Shown here in pieces: positions 27,211-35,463 of a stretch of DNA of 44,995 nt (its first letter is position 1; each line of letters starts with the position of its first letter). Both the position numbers and the translations under genes were made by a program. This DNA is from Deltaproteobacteria bacterium (GTDB taxonomy: Bacteria > Myxococcota_A > UBA9042 > DTJE01): contig VGRB01000002.1 in the NCBI GenBank assembly GCA_016875475.1, positions 1 through 44,995 on the forward strand. Direction: 5' to 3'. Below the pieces are notes generated by a model. It was given only the letters and a program-made list of their open reading frames with translations. It was not told the DNA's origin and did no database searches.

Positions 27211-28740
27211 ATGCCCGATTCCCCGCCCCTCGTGCCCCCGCTTCGCCGCGACCTGACCTGGGAGGAAGGCGCGGACGGCGTGGTGCGGCTCGCGGATCCC
27301 CGCGCCGGACGCAAGCTGAAGGTGGACGAGCGCGGGCGGCAGATCGCGATGCTGCTGGACCGGCTCCAGACCGCGGACGAGCTGGCGGCCCGGATCGCGG
27401 CGACCGGGCGCGGAATCGCGGAAGAGGCGCTCGCGCGCGTTCTGGCGGCGTTCGACGGGCTCGGGCTGCTCGACACGTCCGAGACGCTCGGCGTGGCGGA
27501 TCGCATGGCGCGGGTCGAGGCGGACTGGAAGGCGGACCCGGCGCGCGTGCCGATCGTGGTCCCGCCGGACCTGCGGTTCGAGTGCCGCGCCTGCGGCTCC
27601 TGCTGCCTCGGCGCGAACATCGGCCCGGTCACGGACGACGTCATGCAGGGTCTGAACCCGGCCCGCCGCAAGGAGCTGAAGCGCGCGTACGCCGGGCGGA
27701 AGGGCCTGTTCTTCTCGATGGTTCCGGACGGCGGAGACGACGAGATCCTGGTCTGCCAGTCGCGCAACGGCGGGTGCGTGTTCATCGACCCGGACGGCCT
27801 GTGCGGCATCCACCGGCGCTGGGGGTCCGAGGCGAAGCCGCACGTCTGCCGGCTGTTCCCGCTGCAGTTCGTGCTGACGCCGCGCGGGGTCGTGGTCGGG
27901 CTCCAGACGGAGTGCCGCTCGATCCTGGACGCGTCCCGGGGGCGCCCGCTGGCGGAGCAGATGGACGCGATCCGCCCGCTGCTCAGGCTCGCGACGCGTC
28001 CGCCGTCCGCGCGCCAGTTCGTGTCGCTGGACGGCGTCGCCACGCTGTCATACGCGGAGTACGAGGCGCTCGAGGACGAGGCGGTGGCGGCGATCGCGGG
28101 TGCGAGCGGCGGGTTCGGCATGGAGCTGGCCGCGGCACGGTGCGTGGCGGCGCGGCTCGAGGCCGCGGGGCGGGCGGCGCCGGAGCCGATCGCCGAGGCG
28201 GACCTGAGGCACGAGTTCTACGGCTTCCTGCAGGACCTCGGCGAGGCGCTCGCGCGGCTGAAGCAGGAGCACAAGACCGAGGGCGAGGGCGTACGGTTCC
28301 ACACGTCGAACCTGGACCTGCTGCTGGACGCGATGTCGGACGTGCCCCTGTTCGCGGACGCGGTGTGTGCGTCGGACGAGGACCCGGAGTCGGCGCGGTT
28401 CGCGCGGCTGGCGATGACCAACGCCTGGAGATCCAAGGACTTCCTGCACCCGGTGGACCTCGCCACGGCACGCGCGGTGTCCGGGCTCAGGTGGTTGCTG
28501 ACGCGCGCCTGCGCGGTGACGCTGGCGCGGCGCGTGTCTCGGCGGCGGCCGCTCCCGCAGGACCTGGTGGACGCGTGGATCGCGGTCAACATGCTGCTCC
28601 GGAACAAGCGGGTGCTCAGGACGATCGCGGACCGGCGAGAGGCCCTGGTGCGCCTGTTCGGGGACCGGCTGGAGGCGCTGGTCGCGATGGGCGGGGCGCT
28701 GGTGGACGTGGATCCGCGGACGGATTTCTACCTGTTCTAG
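27211..28740 (+). CDS. YkgJ-type CxxCxxCC cysteine-cluster protein with an N-terminal PqqD-like domain and a long helical C-terminus
   Basis: 509 aa. FECRACGSCCLG plus CVFIDPDGLCGIHRRWG...PHVCRLFPL (YkgJ/UPF0153 pattern). N-terminal residues ~10-85 resemble PqqD/RRE (GRQIAMLLDRLQTADELAARIA...VLAAFDGLGLLD). Confidence 0.65.
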   Translation: MPDSPPLVPPLRRDLTWEEGADGVVRLADPRAGRKLKVDERGRQIAMLLDRLQTADELAARIAATGRGIAEEALARVLAAFDGLGLLDTSETLGVADRMARVEADWKADPARVPIVVPPDLRFECRACGSCCLGANIGPVTDDVMQGLNPARRKELKRAYAGRKGLFFSMVPDGGDDEILVCQSRNGGCVFIDPDGLCGIHRRWGSEAKPHVCRLFPLQFVLTPRGVVVGLQTECRSILDASRGRPLAEQMDAIRPLLRLATRPPSARQFVSLDGVATLSYAEYEALEDEAVAAIAGASGGFGMELAAARCVAARLEAAGRAAPEPIAEADLRHEFYGFLQDLGEALARLKQEHKTEGEGVRFHTSNLDLLLDAMSDVPLFADAVCASDEDPESARFARLAMTNAWRSKDFLHPVDLATARAVSGLRWLLTRACAVTLARRVSRRRPLPQDLVDAWIAVNMLLRNKRVLRTIADRREALVRLFGDRLEALVAMGGALVDVDPRTDFYLF

Positions 28741-29519
28741 GACCCCCGGTACTCGACCAGCATGACCGTGATGTTGTCGTGGCCGCCGCTCTCCATGGCG
28801 GCGTCGACGAGCTTCTGGCACATCTCCTCGAGCGACCCGCCGTCGGCGAGGATCTCCTCGATCTCCTCGTCCTCGACCATGTCGGTCAGGCCGTCGGAAC
28901 TCAGGAGGTAGACGTCGCCCTTGCGGACGCGCCGGCGGAAGAACTCCAGCTCGGCGCGCTCCTTCAGCCCGAGCGCCTTCATGATCACGTTGCGGTGAGG
29001 GAAGTTCTTGGCGTCCTCGGGCCGGATCATCTCGAGGCGCAGGTACTCGTTCAGCAGCGAGTGGTCCCGCGAGAGCTGGCGCAGGCGGCCGTTGCGGAAG
29101 CGGTAGAGGCGGCTGTCGCCGGAATACACGACGAACAGCGTCGCGCCGTGGAAGTAGGTCCCGACGAGCGTCGTTCCCATGCCGCGGAACGCCGTGCTCG
29201 CGACGGACATCTCGTAGATCACGCGGTTCGCGAAGTCGACCGCCGCGACGAGGTCGGTCTCGCCGGGGCTGTGCAGCCCGAACAGCGCGCGGACCGCCCC
29301 GGCGACGCGGTTCATCATGTCGTCGCCGACCTTGCCGGTGAACCAGTCGCGGATGGCGTCCACGCACAGGTTCGCGGCGACGTCGCCGCGCAGGTGGCCG
29401 CCCATCCCGTCCGCGACCACGTACAGGTCCTGCTCGGGCATCAGCAGGAAGGCGTCCTCGTTCCGCTGCCGGACCCGCCCCACGCTGGTGGTCGCGAACG
29501 CGCGGGTGACCTCGGACAT
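28737..29519 (-). CDS. PP2C-family Ser/Thr protein phosphatase
   Basis: 260 aa. RQRNEDAF, VADGMGGH, LLSSDGLTD and GGHDNITV motifs. Confidence 0.9.
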   Translation of the reverse strand: MSEVTRAFATTSVGRVRQRNEDAFLLMPEQDLYVVADGMGGHLRGDVAANLCVDAIRDWFTGKVGDDMMNRVAGAVRALFGLHSPGETDLVAAVDFANRVIYEMSVASTAFRGMGTTLVGTYFHGATLFVVYSGDSRLYRFRNGRLRQLSRDHSLLNEYLRLEMIRPEDAKNFPHRNVIMKALGLKERAELEFFRRRVRKGDVYLLSSDGLTDMVEDEEIEEILADGGSLEEMCQKLVDAAMESGGHDNITVMLVEYRGS

Positions 29520-29556
29520 GCACCAACCTCGGCAAGAGCCGCGCCCGCCCTCCGCC

Positions 29557-31245
29557 CTACCTCCATGGCGGCGGCAGGATGGGGAGCCTCTCCTTCCCTT
29601 CCTCCGCCCGCTGGAGTTCCATCTCAGCGAACAGGGCGTCGGGCGCCACGGTCGAGACCGGGACCGACCCGGACTCGGCACCACAATACCCGTTGAATAC
29701 CCCGTATCGGTCCGAAGTCGCAACAATCTTGTTGATCGACGAGAGGGGGGTCCCGACGATCTCGAAGCCCCGCACCAGTTCCTCGGCGCCGGTGGCGGCG
29801 TCGACGCGCCAGGCGACCCGGGGCATGCCCTTGTATGCCTGGAAGCCGTAGGTGCTGGTGTTGGTGGCGCCGCCGGCGATCGTCTCGATGATCAGGCCGA
29901 ACGGCTTGCCCTGCCGCCGGACCTCGTCCAGGAGGAGCTGCTTCATGCGCGCGTGCGGGACGGGCTTCGCGCCCCTCACCACGAGGTTCGCCATGCGGCC
30001 GACCGCGCGCTGGAACCCGTCCGAGCGGCCGTGGCCGTTCGAGGCGGAGAAGCCCTCGACCGGGCGGCGCGACAGGAGGAAGCCGCGGAGGACGCCCTTC
30101 TCCACCAGGACCGCGCGCTTCGCGGCCACGCCCTCGTCGTCCACGCGGTACTCGCCGTTCAGCGCGACGCCGTTCGAGCGCGACTCGGTCGGGTCGTCGT
30201 AGATGTCGATGAACGCCGGCAGCACCTGCTGGCCCAGGTGGCCCTTGAACGTGCGCCCTTCCTCCTCGTCCTCCTGGCGCTGGCCCTCCAGGCGGTGGCC
30301 CATGGTCTCGTGGAAGAAGACGCCGGTCGCCTCGGGCGACATCAGCACCGGCACGGTCGCGGGCTCGATGACCCGCGCAGACCGCATCCGGACCAGCAGG
30401 TCGGCCATCTCGCGCGTCTGCTTCAGGATCGTGTCCCTCGACGGCATGTCCGACGCGTCGCGGCCGTAGAACGTGACCGTGTCCTGCAGGAGGAGGCCGT
30501 CCTCGGCCCGGGCGACCGCGGTGACGTAGAACTGGTAGTAGAGGTCCGTCGTCGAGATCCGCGATCCCTCGGTGTTCACGTAGTAGCGCGTCAGGCGCAC
30601 CGCCGACGTCTCGACCGACGAGTCGAAGATGTCGGGGTAGTCGAGGAACACGCCGGAGACCTTGCGGACCGTGGCCTCCCACGCGGGCAGATCGAAGCGG
30701 AGCGCCTTCGGGGGCTCGACGAGACGGACCGGCTCGGCCCTGCACATGCTGCCGACGCGCGAGGTCTTGGGGTCGTTGACCCGCTTCGCCTTGACCTTCA
30801 TGAACGAGACCAGGGCGGCCTTGTACTTGTAGTCCGTCATCAGCCACAGGACGTGCCGCAGCGACTCGGGCGACTGCTCGATCGGGACGAGCGTGTTCGG
30901 GATCCACTTCTGGTTCGGGCTGAACGAGAACTCCGAGTCCTCGGACGAGTCCATCTCGTAGTCGCCGACGCGCACGTCCACCTGGGCGAGCCGGTGGGGC
31001 ACGCGAGTGCTGGAGAACAGCGCGCCGTTCTTGCCGCTGACGTAGTAGCGGTCGCTGTCGCGCACCGTGTAGGCGACGAAGTATGCGGGGTCGTAGTCGC
31101 CGAGCTTCAGTTCCTTGCGGCTCCGCTCCAGCTCCCGGTTCATCGCGTCGAGGATCCAGCCGTCCGCTTCCGCGGCAACCGCCGGCGCGGCCGCCGCGAG
31201 CATGACGACGAGGGCGGCGCCCGCCCCCCATCTGCGTACCATCAC
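29557..31245 (-). CDS. secreted TldD/PmbA-family metallopeptidase
   Basis: 562 aa. Signal peptide ...AAAAPAVAAEA, the HETMGHRLEG motif, and the glycine-rich GNGHGRS... region typical of TldD. Confidence 0.8.
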   Translation of the reverse strand: MMVRRWGAGAALVVMLAAAAPAVAAEADGWILDAMNRELERSRKELKLGDYDPAYFVAYTVRDSDRYYVSGKNGALFSSTRVPHRLAQVDVRVGDYEMDSSEDSEFSFSPNQKWIPNTLVPIEQSPESLRHVLWLMTDYKYKAALVSFMKVKAKRVNDPKTSRVGSMCRAEPVRLVEPPKALRFDLPAWEATVRKVSGVFLDYPDIFDSSVETSAVRLTRYYVNTEGSRISTTDLYYQFYVTAVARAEDGLLLQDTVTFYGRDASDMPSRDTILKQTREMADLLVRMRSARVIEPATVPVLMSPEATGVFFHETMGHRLEGQRQEDEEEGRTFKGHLGQQVLPAFIDIYDDPTESRSNGVALNGEYRVDDEGVAAKRAVLVEKGVLRGFLLSRRPVEGFSASNGHGRSDGFQRAVGRMANLVVRGAKPVPHARMKQLLLDEVRRQGKPFGLIIETIAGGATNTSTYGFQAYKGMPRVAWRVDAATGAEELVRGFEIVGTPLSSINKIVATSDRYGVFNGYCGAESGSVPVSTVAPDALFAEMELQRAEEGKERLPILPPPWR

Positions 31246-31670
31246 TGGCCCTTTCCCCCACCCGGCGCCGAGAAGCGTTCCTCGGCGAGCGCGGCGATGG
31301 CCGCGTCGTCGGCGGGCGGGAACCTGAAGTCCTTGAACTCGTCCGGAGAGACCCAGCGGAAGTCCGCGACGTTGAGAGGCCGGATGTCCTCGTTCAGCAG
31401 GCGGCAGCGGTAGACGCGGAAATCGACCGTGAACTCCGCGTAGTCGTGCCGCGTGTGGTCCACGGCGCCCTCGACCTCGACGTCGGCGGCCAGCTCCTCC
31501 AGCATCTCGCGCCGGAGCGCGGTCGCGTCGTCCTCGCCGGCCTCGACCTTCCCCCCCGGGAACTCCCAGTACAACGGGAACACGGCCTTGGCCATCCGCT
31601 GCGTGATCAGGTAGCGGCCGTCGCGCTCGATCACGGCCGCGACGACGTTGTACACCTTGCGGTCGGGCAA
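31242..31670 (-). CDS. NUDIX hydrolase, MutT-like
   Basis: 142 aa from TTG with GAGGAG 6 nt upstream. Nudix box GGKVEAGEDDATALRREMLEEL. The stop overlaps the TldD start (ATGA). Confidence 0.85.
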   Translation of the reverse strand: MPDRKVYNVVAAVIERDGRYLITQRMAKAVFPLYWEFPGGKVEAGEDDATALRREMLEELAADVEVEGAVDHTRHDYAEFTVDFRVYRCRLLNEDIRPLNVADFRWVSPDEFKDFRFPPADDAAIAALAEERFSAPGGGKGQ

Positions 31671-31766
31671 TCCGGCTCCTCGCCAGCTCGCGGATCCCGG
31701 CTAGCGTACGACGTCGCTGGGCAACTTGGCAACCCGTCGTCGCACCGAACTGCTAATATCCGGGCC

Positions 31767-32555
31767 GTGGACGCGGACTCGCCAGACGCCGGCGCCCCCG
31801 CGGGAGAGACCGGGATCCTCGGCCTCGCGGACCGCGGCACGGGGTTCCCGCAGGACAAGATCAGGTGCCAGGGGACGAGCCTCCGGTACGTGGTCGCCTG
31901 CATGCACAACTGCCGGGAGCGGCATTACTGCAACGAGTTCTGGGAGTTCTTTCGCGCCCGCGGCATCACGCCGGCCCAGTACGCCGGCCAGGACGCGATC
32001 GGGGAGGTGGTCATGAAGAGGGTCGTGTTCGATTGCGATCGGTGCGGGAAGAAGGACGTGGGGGAGCCGTTCTCGGCCTACCGGACGTCCGGCCCGGACG
32101 AGGGCGCGGTCCTGGACCCGGCCGCGTTCCACGAGGTCGCGTCCAAGGCGGGCCCGGCCCAGTGCCCGGAGCCGTTCCTCCTGTCGATCCTGGGACTGCT
32201 GAAGGAGCAGCAGGCCTGGGAACACCTGTGCGAGGCGTGCTTCCGGAAGGTCGCGGGCCTCGCCGGCGGGATCGTCGGCCGGCCGGTCGCGAAGCCGGTC
32301 GCGTCCGAGGCCGCGAAGACGCCCGTGGCGCGCGCGCTCGCGGCCGAGCCGAAGCCGGTCGCGCGGGTGACGGAGCCGAAGGTCGCGCTGAAGCCGGAGC
32401 CCAGGGCAGCGACCCGGGCGCCCGAGCCGAAGCCGGTCCCGGCGCCGAAGGCGAACGCGCACGCGAAGCCCGGGCCGAAGCCGGTGGCCAGGCCCCTCGA
32501 CCTGATGCCGTTGCCGGAGCCGGCGCACCGCGGGCGGAAGGCGGCGCGGGCGTAA
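31767..32555 (+). CDS. hypothetical Cys-pair (zinc-ribbon-like) protein with a Pro/Lys/Ala-rich basic C-terminal tail; start uncertain (31767 GTG, 31902 ATG or 32013 ATG)
   Basis: One frame with about 90% GC3 runs from 31767. CxxC pairs occur at FDCDRCGKK and LCEACF, and C-x3-C at ACMHNC. The tail reads AKPVASEAAKTPVA...EPKPVPAPKANAHAKPGPKPVA. TGCTAATAT (31751-31759) lies 7 nt before GTG 31767. ATG 32013 has GGGGAGG upstream. Confidence 0.5.
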   Translation: MDADSPDAGAPAGETGILGLADRGTGFPQDKIRCQGTSLRYVVACMHNCRERHYCNEFWEFFRARGITPAQYAGQDAIGEVVMKRVVFDCDRCGKKDVGEPFSAYRTSGPDEGAVLDPAAFHEVASKAGPAQCPEPFLLSILGLLKEQQAWEHLCEACFRKVAGLAGGIVGRPVAKPVASEAAKTPVARALAAEPKPVARVTEPKVALKPEPRAATRAPEPKPVPAPKANAHAKPGPKPVARPLDLMPLPEPAHRGRKAARA

Positions 32556-32558
32556 GGT

Positions 32559-32613
32559 GGGGATCGGAATCGGGAAAGATCGGGTACGGGCTCGGGGCCG
32601 GCTGAAGCCGGCT
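32559..32613 (+). repeat. G-tract / GGG-YWC array followed by a GCCGGC-TGAA-GCCGGC hairpin between convergent genes
   Basis: ggggatcggaatcgggaaagatcgggtacgggctcgggg (32559-32597), then gccggctgaagccggc (32598-32613). Confidence 0.7.
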
Positions 32614-33872
32614 CAGGCCCGGACCCAGACCCGGCCGAGCGAGGAGTGCTTGACCGTCGTGCGGGCCTTCTCGTCGTTCTGCCCGGTCAGCGCCAGCGTG
32701 TAGAGCGCGTCGATGACGCCGTGCGTCGCCTTCGACTGCACCGACGAGATCACCCCGGAGTAGCCGAGGTACATGCCCGCGAGCATCCGGACCGGGGTCC
32801 CCTTGGCCAGCACGCCGTTCACGGGCAGCGGCGCCGCGGGCGCGACGGGGGGCGGCACGGGCGCCGACGCGGTCACGTCCTGGGCCGGAGGCGTCCGGGC
32901 CGCGGGCCGGCGGATCGGAGCGCGGACCGACACCGGCACCGGGGCAGCCTGGACGACGGGCGCGGACGTCGTGTCCCAGCTCGTGCCGCGGGTCCCCTGG
33001 CCGACGCGCGTGTGCGCCTTGGAGCCGTCCGGCCCGGCCAGCGTGACGTCGTAGGTGATCGCCGTCCCGCGGGCCACGATCGACACGATCAGGCCCGTCC
33101 AGCCCTGGTACCGCCCCGCGAGCATCCGGACCTCGGTCCGGCGCGGCAGCGCGCCGGGGGGTGTGATTCCCGCGCCGGGAGCCGCCGCCGTGCCGCCGGC
33201 GACCCCGTTGCCGACCGGCACGAGCATCCCGTCCCGGCCGCGGCGCACCCTGCGGGCCGGCGCGGCCCTGGCGGAGGTGCCTGGCGCGGTCCCGGCGGGC
33301 ATCGCGCCGGGCGTCAGGACCTGCCACTTCGACCCCAGGCTGCGCGGGCCGACGTCCGTCCTGGCCCTCCGCCCGTCGGGTCCGTTGATCTCGACCTCGT
33401 AGCTGATCACGCCGTCGCGCACCCGGACGCGCCGGATATGGCCCAGCCAGTCGCGGTAGGTCCCGCCCAGCATGCGGACGGGGGTGCGCTTCGGGAAGGC
33501 GCCCGGAGGGGTCGGCGCCGAGGCCCTCGGGGTCCTGGGGGCCTTGCGCGGTGCAGACGCGCGGACCGTCGCGCGCGAGGACGGTGCACGGACGCGCGGC
33601 TCCTCGGCCGGATGTCCCTCGCCTGCGCGGCGAGCGGCGGCCGCGTGGAGGGCGTCAACGAGCCCGGCAAGCCCGAGGCGCTCGAGGTGGGACCGGGCCG
33701 CCTCGGGGCCGATCTGCATGTCGAGGATCCCGAGCAGCAGTTGGGCCAGCGTCGCCTGGCGCCTGCGCTCCGCGATCGCACGCTCGACGTCCGCGTTCGC
33801 GCGGCCGAAGTCGGCCAGGGCCGCCCGCAGGTCGTCGAACAGGACCGATCTCGCTTCGTCTTCTGCCATCAC
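32613..33872 (-). CDS. hypothetical protein: N-terminal helical region plus three ~60-aa KOW/SH3-like internal repeats
   Basis: 419 aa. The repeats are FPKRTPVRMLGGTYRDWLGHIRRVRV...ISYEVEINGPDGRRARTDV, LPRRTEVRMLAGRYQGWTGLIVSIVA...ITYDVTLAGPDGSKAHTRV, and LAKGTPVRMLAGMYLGYSGVISSVQS...LYTLALTGQNDEKARTTV. Confidence 0.65.
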   Translation of the reverse strand: MMAEDEARSVLFDDLRAALADFGRANADVERAIAERRRQATLAQLLLGILDMQIGPEAARSHLERLGLAGLVDALHAAAARRAGEGHPAEEPRVRAPSSRATVRASAPRKAPRTPRASAPTPPGAFPKRTPVRMLGGTYRDWLGHIRRVRVRDGVISYEVEINGPDGRRARTDVGPRSLGSKWQVLTPGAMPAGTAPGTSARAAPARRVRRGRDGMLVPVGNGVAGGTAAAPGAGITPPGALPRRTEVRMLAGRYQGWTGLIVSIVARGTAITYDVTLAGPDGSKAHTRVGQGTRGTSWDTTSAPVVQAAPVPVSVRAPIRRPAARTPPAQDVTASAPVPPPVAPAAPLPVNGVLAKGTPVRMLAGMYLGYSGVISSVQSKATHGVIDALYTLALTGQNDEKARTTVKHSSLGRVWVRA

Positions 33873-33977
33873 ATCCTCGCGACTACCCGAGTCACACCGG
33901 CGTCACCGCAGGGTCACACCACCACACGCGCCAACCTGCACAATCCGACTGGGAAAGTCAAGCGACAATCGAGAACC

Positions 33978-34532
33978 CTACACAGGCACGCAACCGGTCC
34001 CGAACTCGTACCCCTTCCGGAACGCTCGCAGGTTGAGATCCTCCGTCCCCCTGGGGACCGAGTCGACGACGGCCTTCTCGAAGGCATCGACCGTCAACAG
34101 CCGCGTCACGCCCGCCACGAAGCCGACCATGACCATGCTCAACACGAGTCGCCGGCCCAGCTCCTCCGCGAAGCGGGTCGCCGGGATGCCATACGCCTTC
34201 ACCCCGGGAGGGAGGGGATGGTCCGCGAGCGACACCATCTCCTCCTCGTACAGGAGCATCCCGTCGGGCTTGAGCGACGGCGCGAACTGCGCGTAGGCGT
34301 CCCGCGAGAGCACGACCAGCACGTCCGGGTTCTTGACGTAGGGGTAGCCGATGGGCGCGTCCGCGACCGTGACCTGGGCGCTGCACGCGCTGCCGCGGGC
34401 CTCGGGCCCGAACGCCTGGATCAGGGTCGCGTGCCGGCCGGCGAAGATCGAGGCCGCCTTTCCGACGATCATGCCGGACAGGATCACTCCCTGCCCTCCG
34501 AGGCCGCCGATCCGGATCTCCGTCCTGCCCAT
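33978..34532 (-). CDS. korC: 2-oxoacid:ferredoxin oxidoreductase, gamma subunit
   Basis: 184 aa. IRIGGLGGQGVILSGMIVGKAA...GPEARGSACSAQV is typical of the gamma subunit. It is the last gene of a delta-alpha-beta-gamma operon. Confidence 0.8.
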   Translation of the reverse strand: MGRTEIRIGGLGGQGVILSGMIVGKAASIFAGRHATLIQAFGPEARGSACSAQVTVADAPIGYPYVKNPDVLVVLSRDAYAQFAPSLKPDGMLLYEEEMVSLADHPLPPGVKAYGIPATRFAEELGRRLVLSMVMVGFVAGVTRLLTVDAFEKAVVDSVPRGTEDLNLRAFRKGYEFGTGCVPV

Positions 34533-34578
34533 CGTTTCCTCCCGGTCCCTGCCCGTACCCGAGCCCGCTCCCCCGACC
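34533..34578 (-). repeat. G-tract / GGG-YWC array occupying the whole beta-gamma intercistronic spacer (G-rich on the mRNA strand)
   Basis: Minus strand reads GGGTCGGGGGAGCGGGCTCGGGTACGGGCAGGGACCGGGAGGAAACG, followed directly by ATG. Confidence 0.8.
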
Positions 34579-35463
34579 CTACTCCCCGTACCGCCGGTAC
34601 CGCGGCCCCAGCACCTTCTCGAAGTGGGCGTTCATGCCGTCCAGCCAGGTCTCGCGCTCGCGGTCCACGAACTTCCCGACCACGATGTCGCCCTGGAAGC
34701 CGAGCGCGACCTCCTTCGTGGCGGCGCCGTGCTTCACCACGCTGCGCTCCTTGTAGTACTTCACCTGGTCCACGCCGTCGCCGAGCTTGTTCCGGCGCGA
34801 GTAGAGCGTGGGGCACGGCGCGAGGACCTCGACGAAGGTGAAGCCGGGCTTCGAGATCGCCTCGTGCATGGCGCGCGTGAGCTGCTTGACGTGGAAGACC
34901 GTCCAGCGCGCCACGTAGACCGCGCCGCACGCGTCCGCCAGGAAAGGCAGGTTGAACGGGTTCTCGAAGTTGCCGTAAGGCATCGTGGTCTGCGACGCGC
35001 CGATCGGCGTGGTCGGCGCGAGCTGTCCGCCGGTCATTCCGTATGTGAAGTTGTTCACACAGATGACCGTGAGGTCCATGTTCCGGCGGGCGGCGTGCAC
35101 GAAGTGGTTGCCGCCGATGGCGAACAGGTCGCCGTCGCCCGAGTAGACCACGACCTTCAGCTTCGGGTTCGATAGCTTCAGGCCCGTGGCGAACGGGATC
35201 GCCCGGCCGTGGGTCGTGTGGAACGAGTCGAGGTTCAGGTACCCGGCGACGCGGCCGGTGCACCCGATCCCGGACACGATCGCGACCTGGTCCAGGTCCC
35301 TCTTCGACTCGGTCAGGGCGCGCGCGAAGCAGTTCACCGTCGTGCCGATGCCGCATCCCGGGCACCAGATGTGCGGGATCCGCTCCTGGCGCAGGTACGG
35401 GATGACCGGGTTCTCGACCGGGTACTCCCGCTCGTCCGCCGCGATTGCGAGGTTCTGGCTCAT
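34579..35463 (-). CDS. korB: 2-oxoacid:ferredoxin oxidoreductase, beta (TPP-binding) subunit
   Basis: 294 aa. WCPGCGIG..., GIGCTGR..., and the GDGDLFAIGGNHFVHAARRN TPP motif. Confidence 0.9.
   Translation of the reverse strand: MSQNLAIAADEREYPVENPVIPYLRQERIPHIWCPGCGIGTTVNCFARALTESKRDLDQVAIVSGIGCTGRVAGYLNLDSFHTTHGRAIPFATGLKLSNPKLKVVVYSGDGDLFAIGGNHFVHAARRNMDLTVICVNNFTYGMTGGQLAPTTPIGASQTTMPYGNFENPFNLPFLADACGAVYVARWTVFHVKQLTRAMHEAISKPGFTFVEVLAPCPTLYSRRNKLGDGVDQVKYYKERSVVKHGAATKEVALGFQGDIVVGKFVDRERETWLDGMNAHFEKVLGPRYRRYGE

Noticed and set aside
28737-28740. CTAG, where the stop codons of the convergent YkgJ-like and PP2C genes overlap palindromically.
   Set aside because: This is a trivial consequence of two TAG stops. 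No hairpin or other structure is associated with it.
33873-33977. A lower-GC 105-nt spacer with GTGTGAC direct repeats between korG and the triple-repeat gene, checked for a tRNA or small RNA.
   Set aside because: No cloverleaf-compatible stems or conserved ncRNA motifs could be found by eye. It is most simply the promoter region of the downstream gene.
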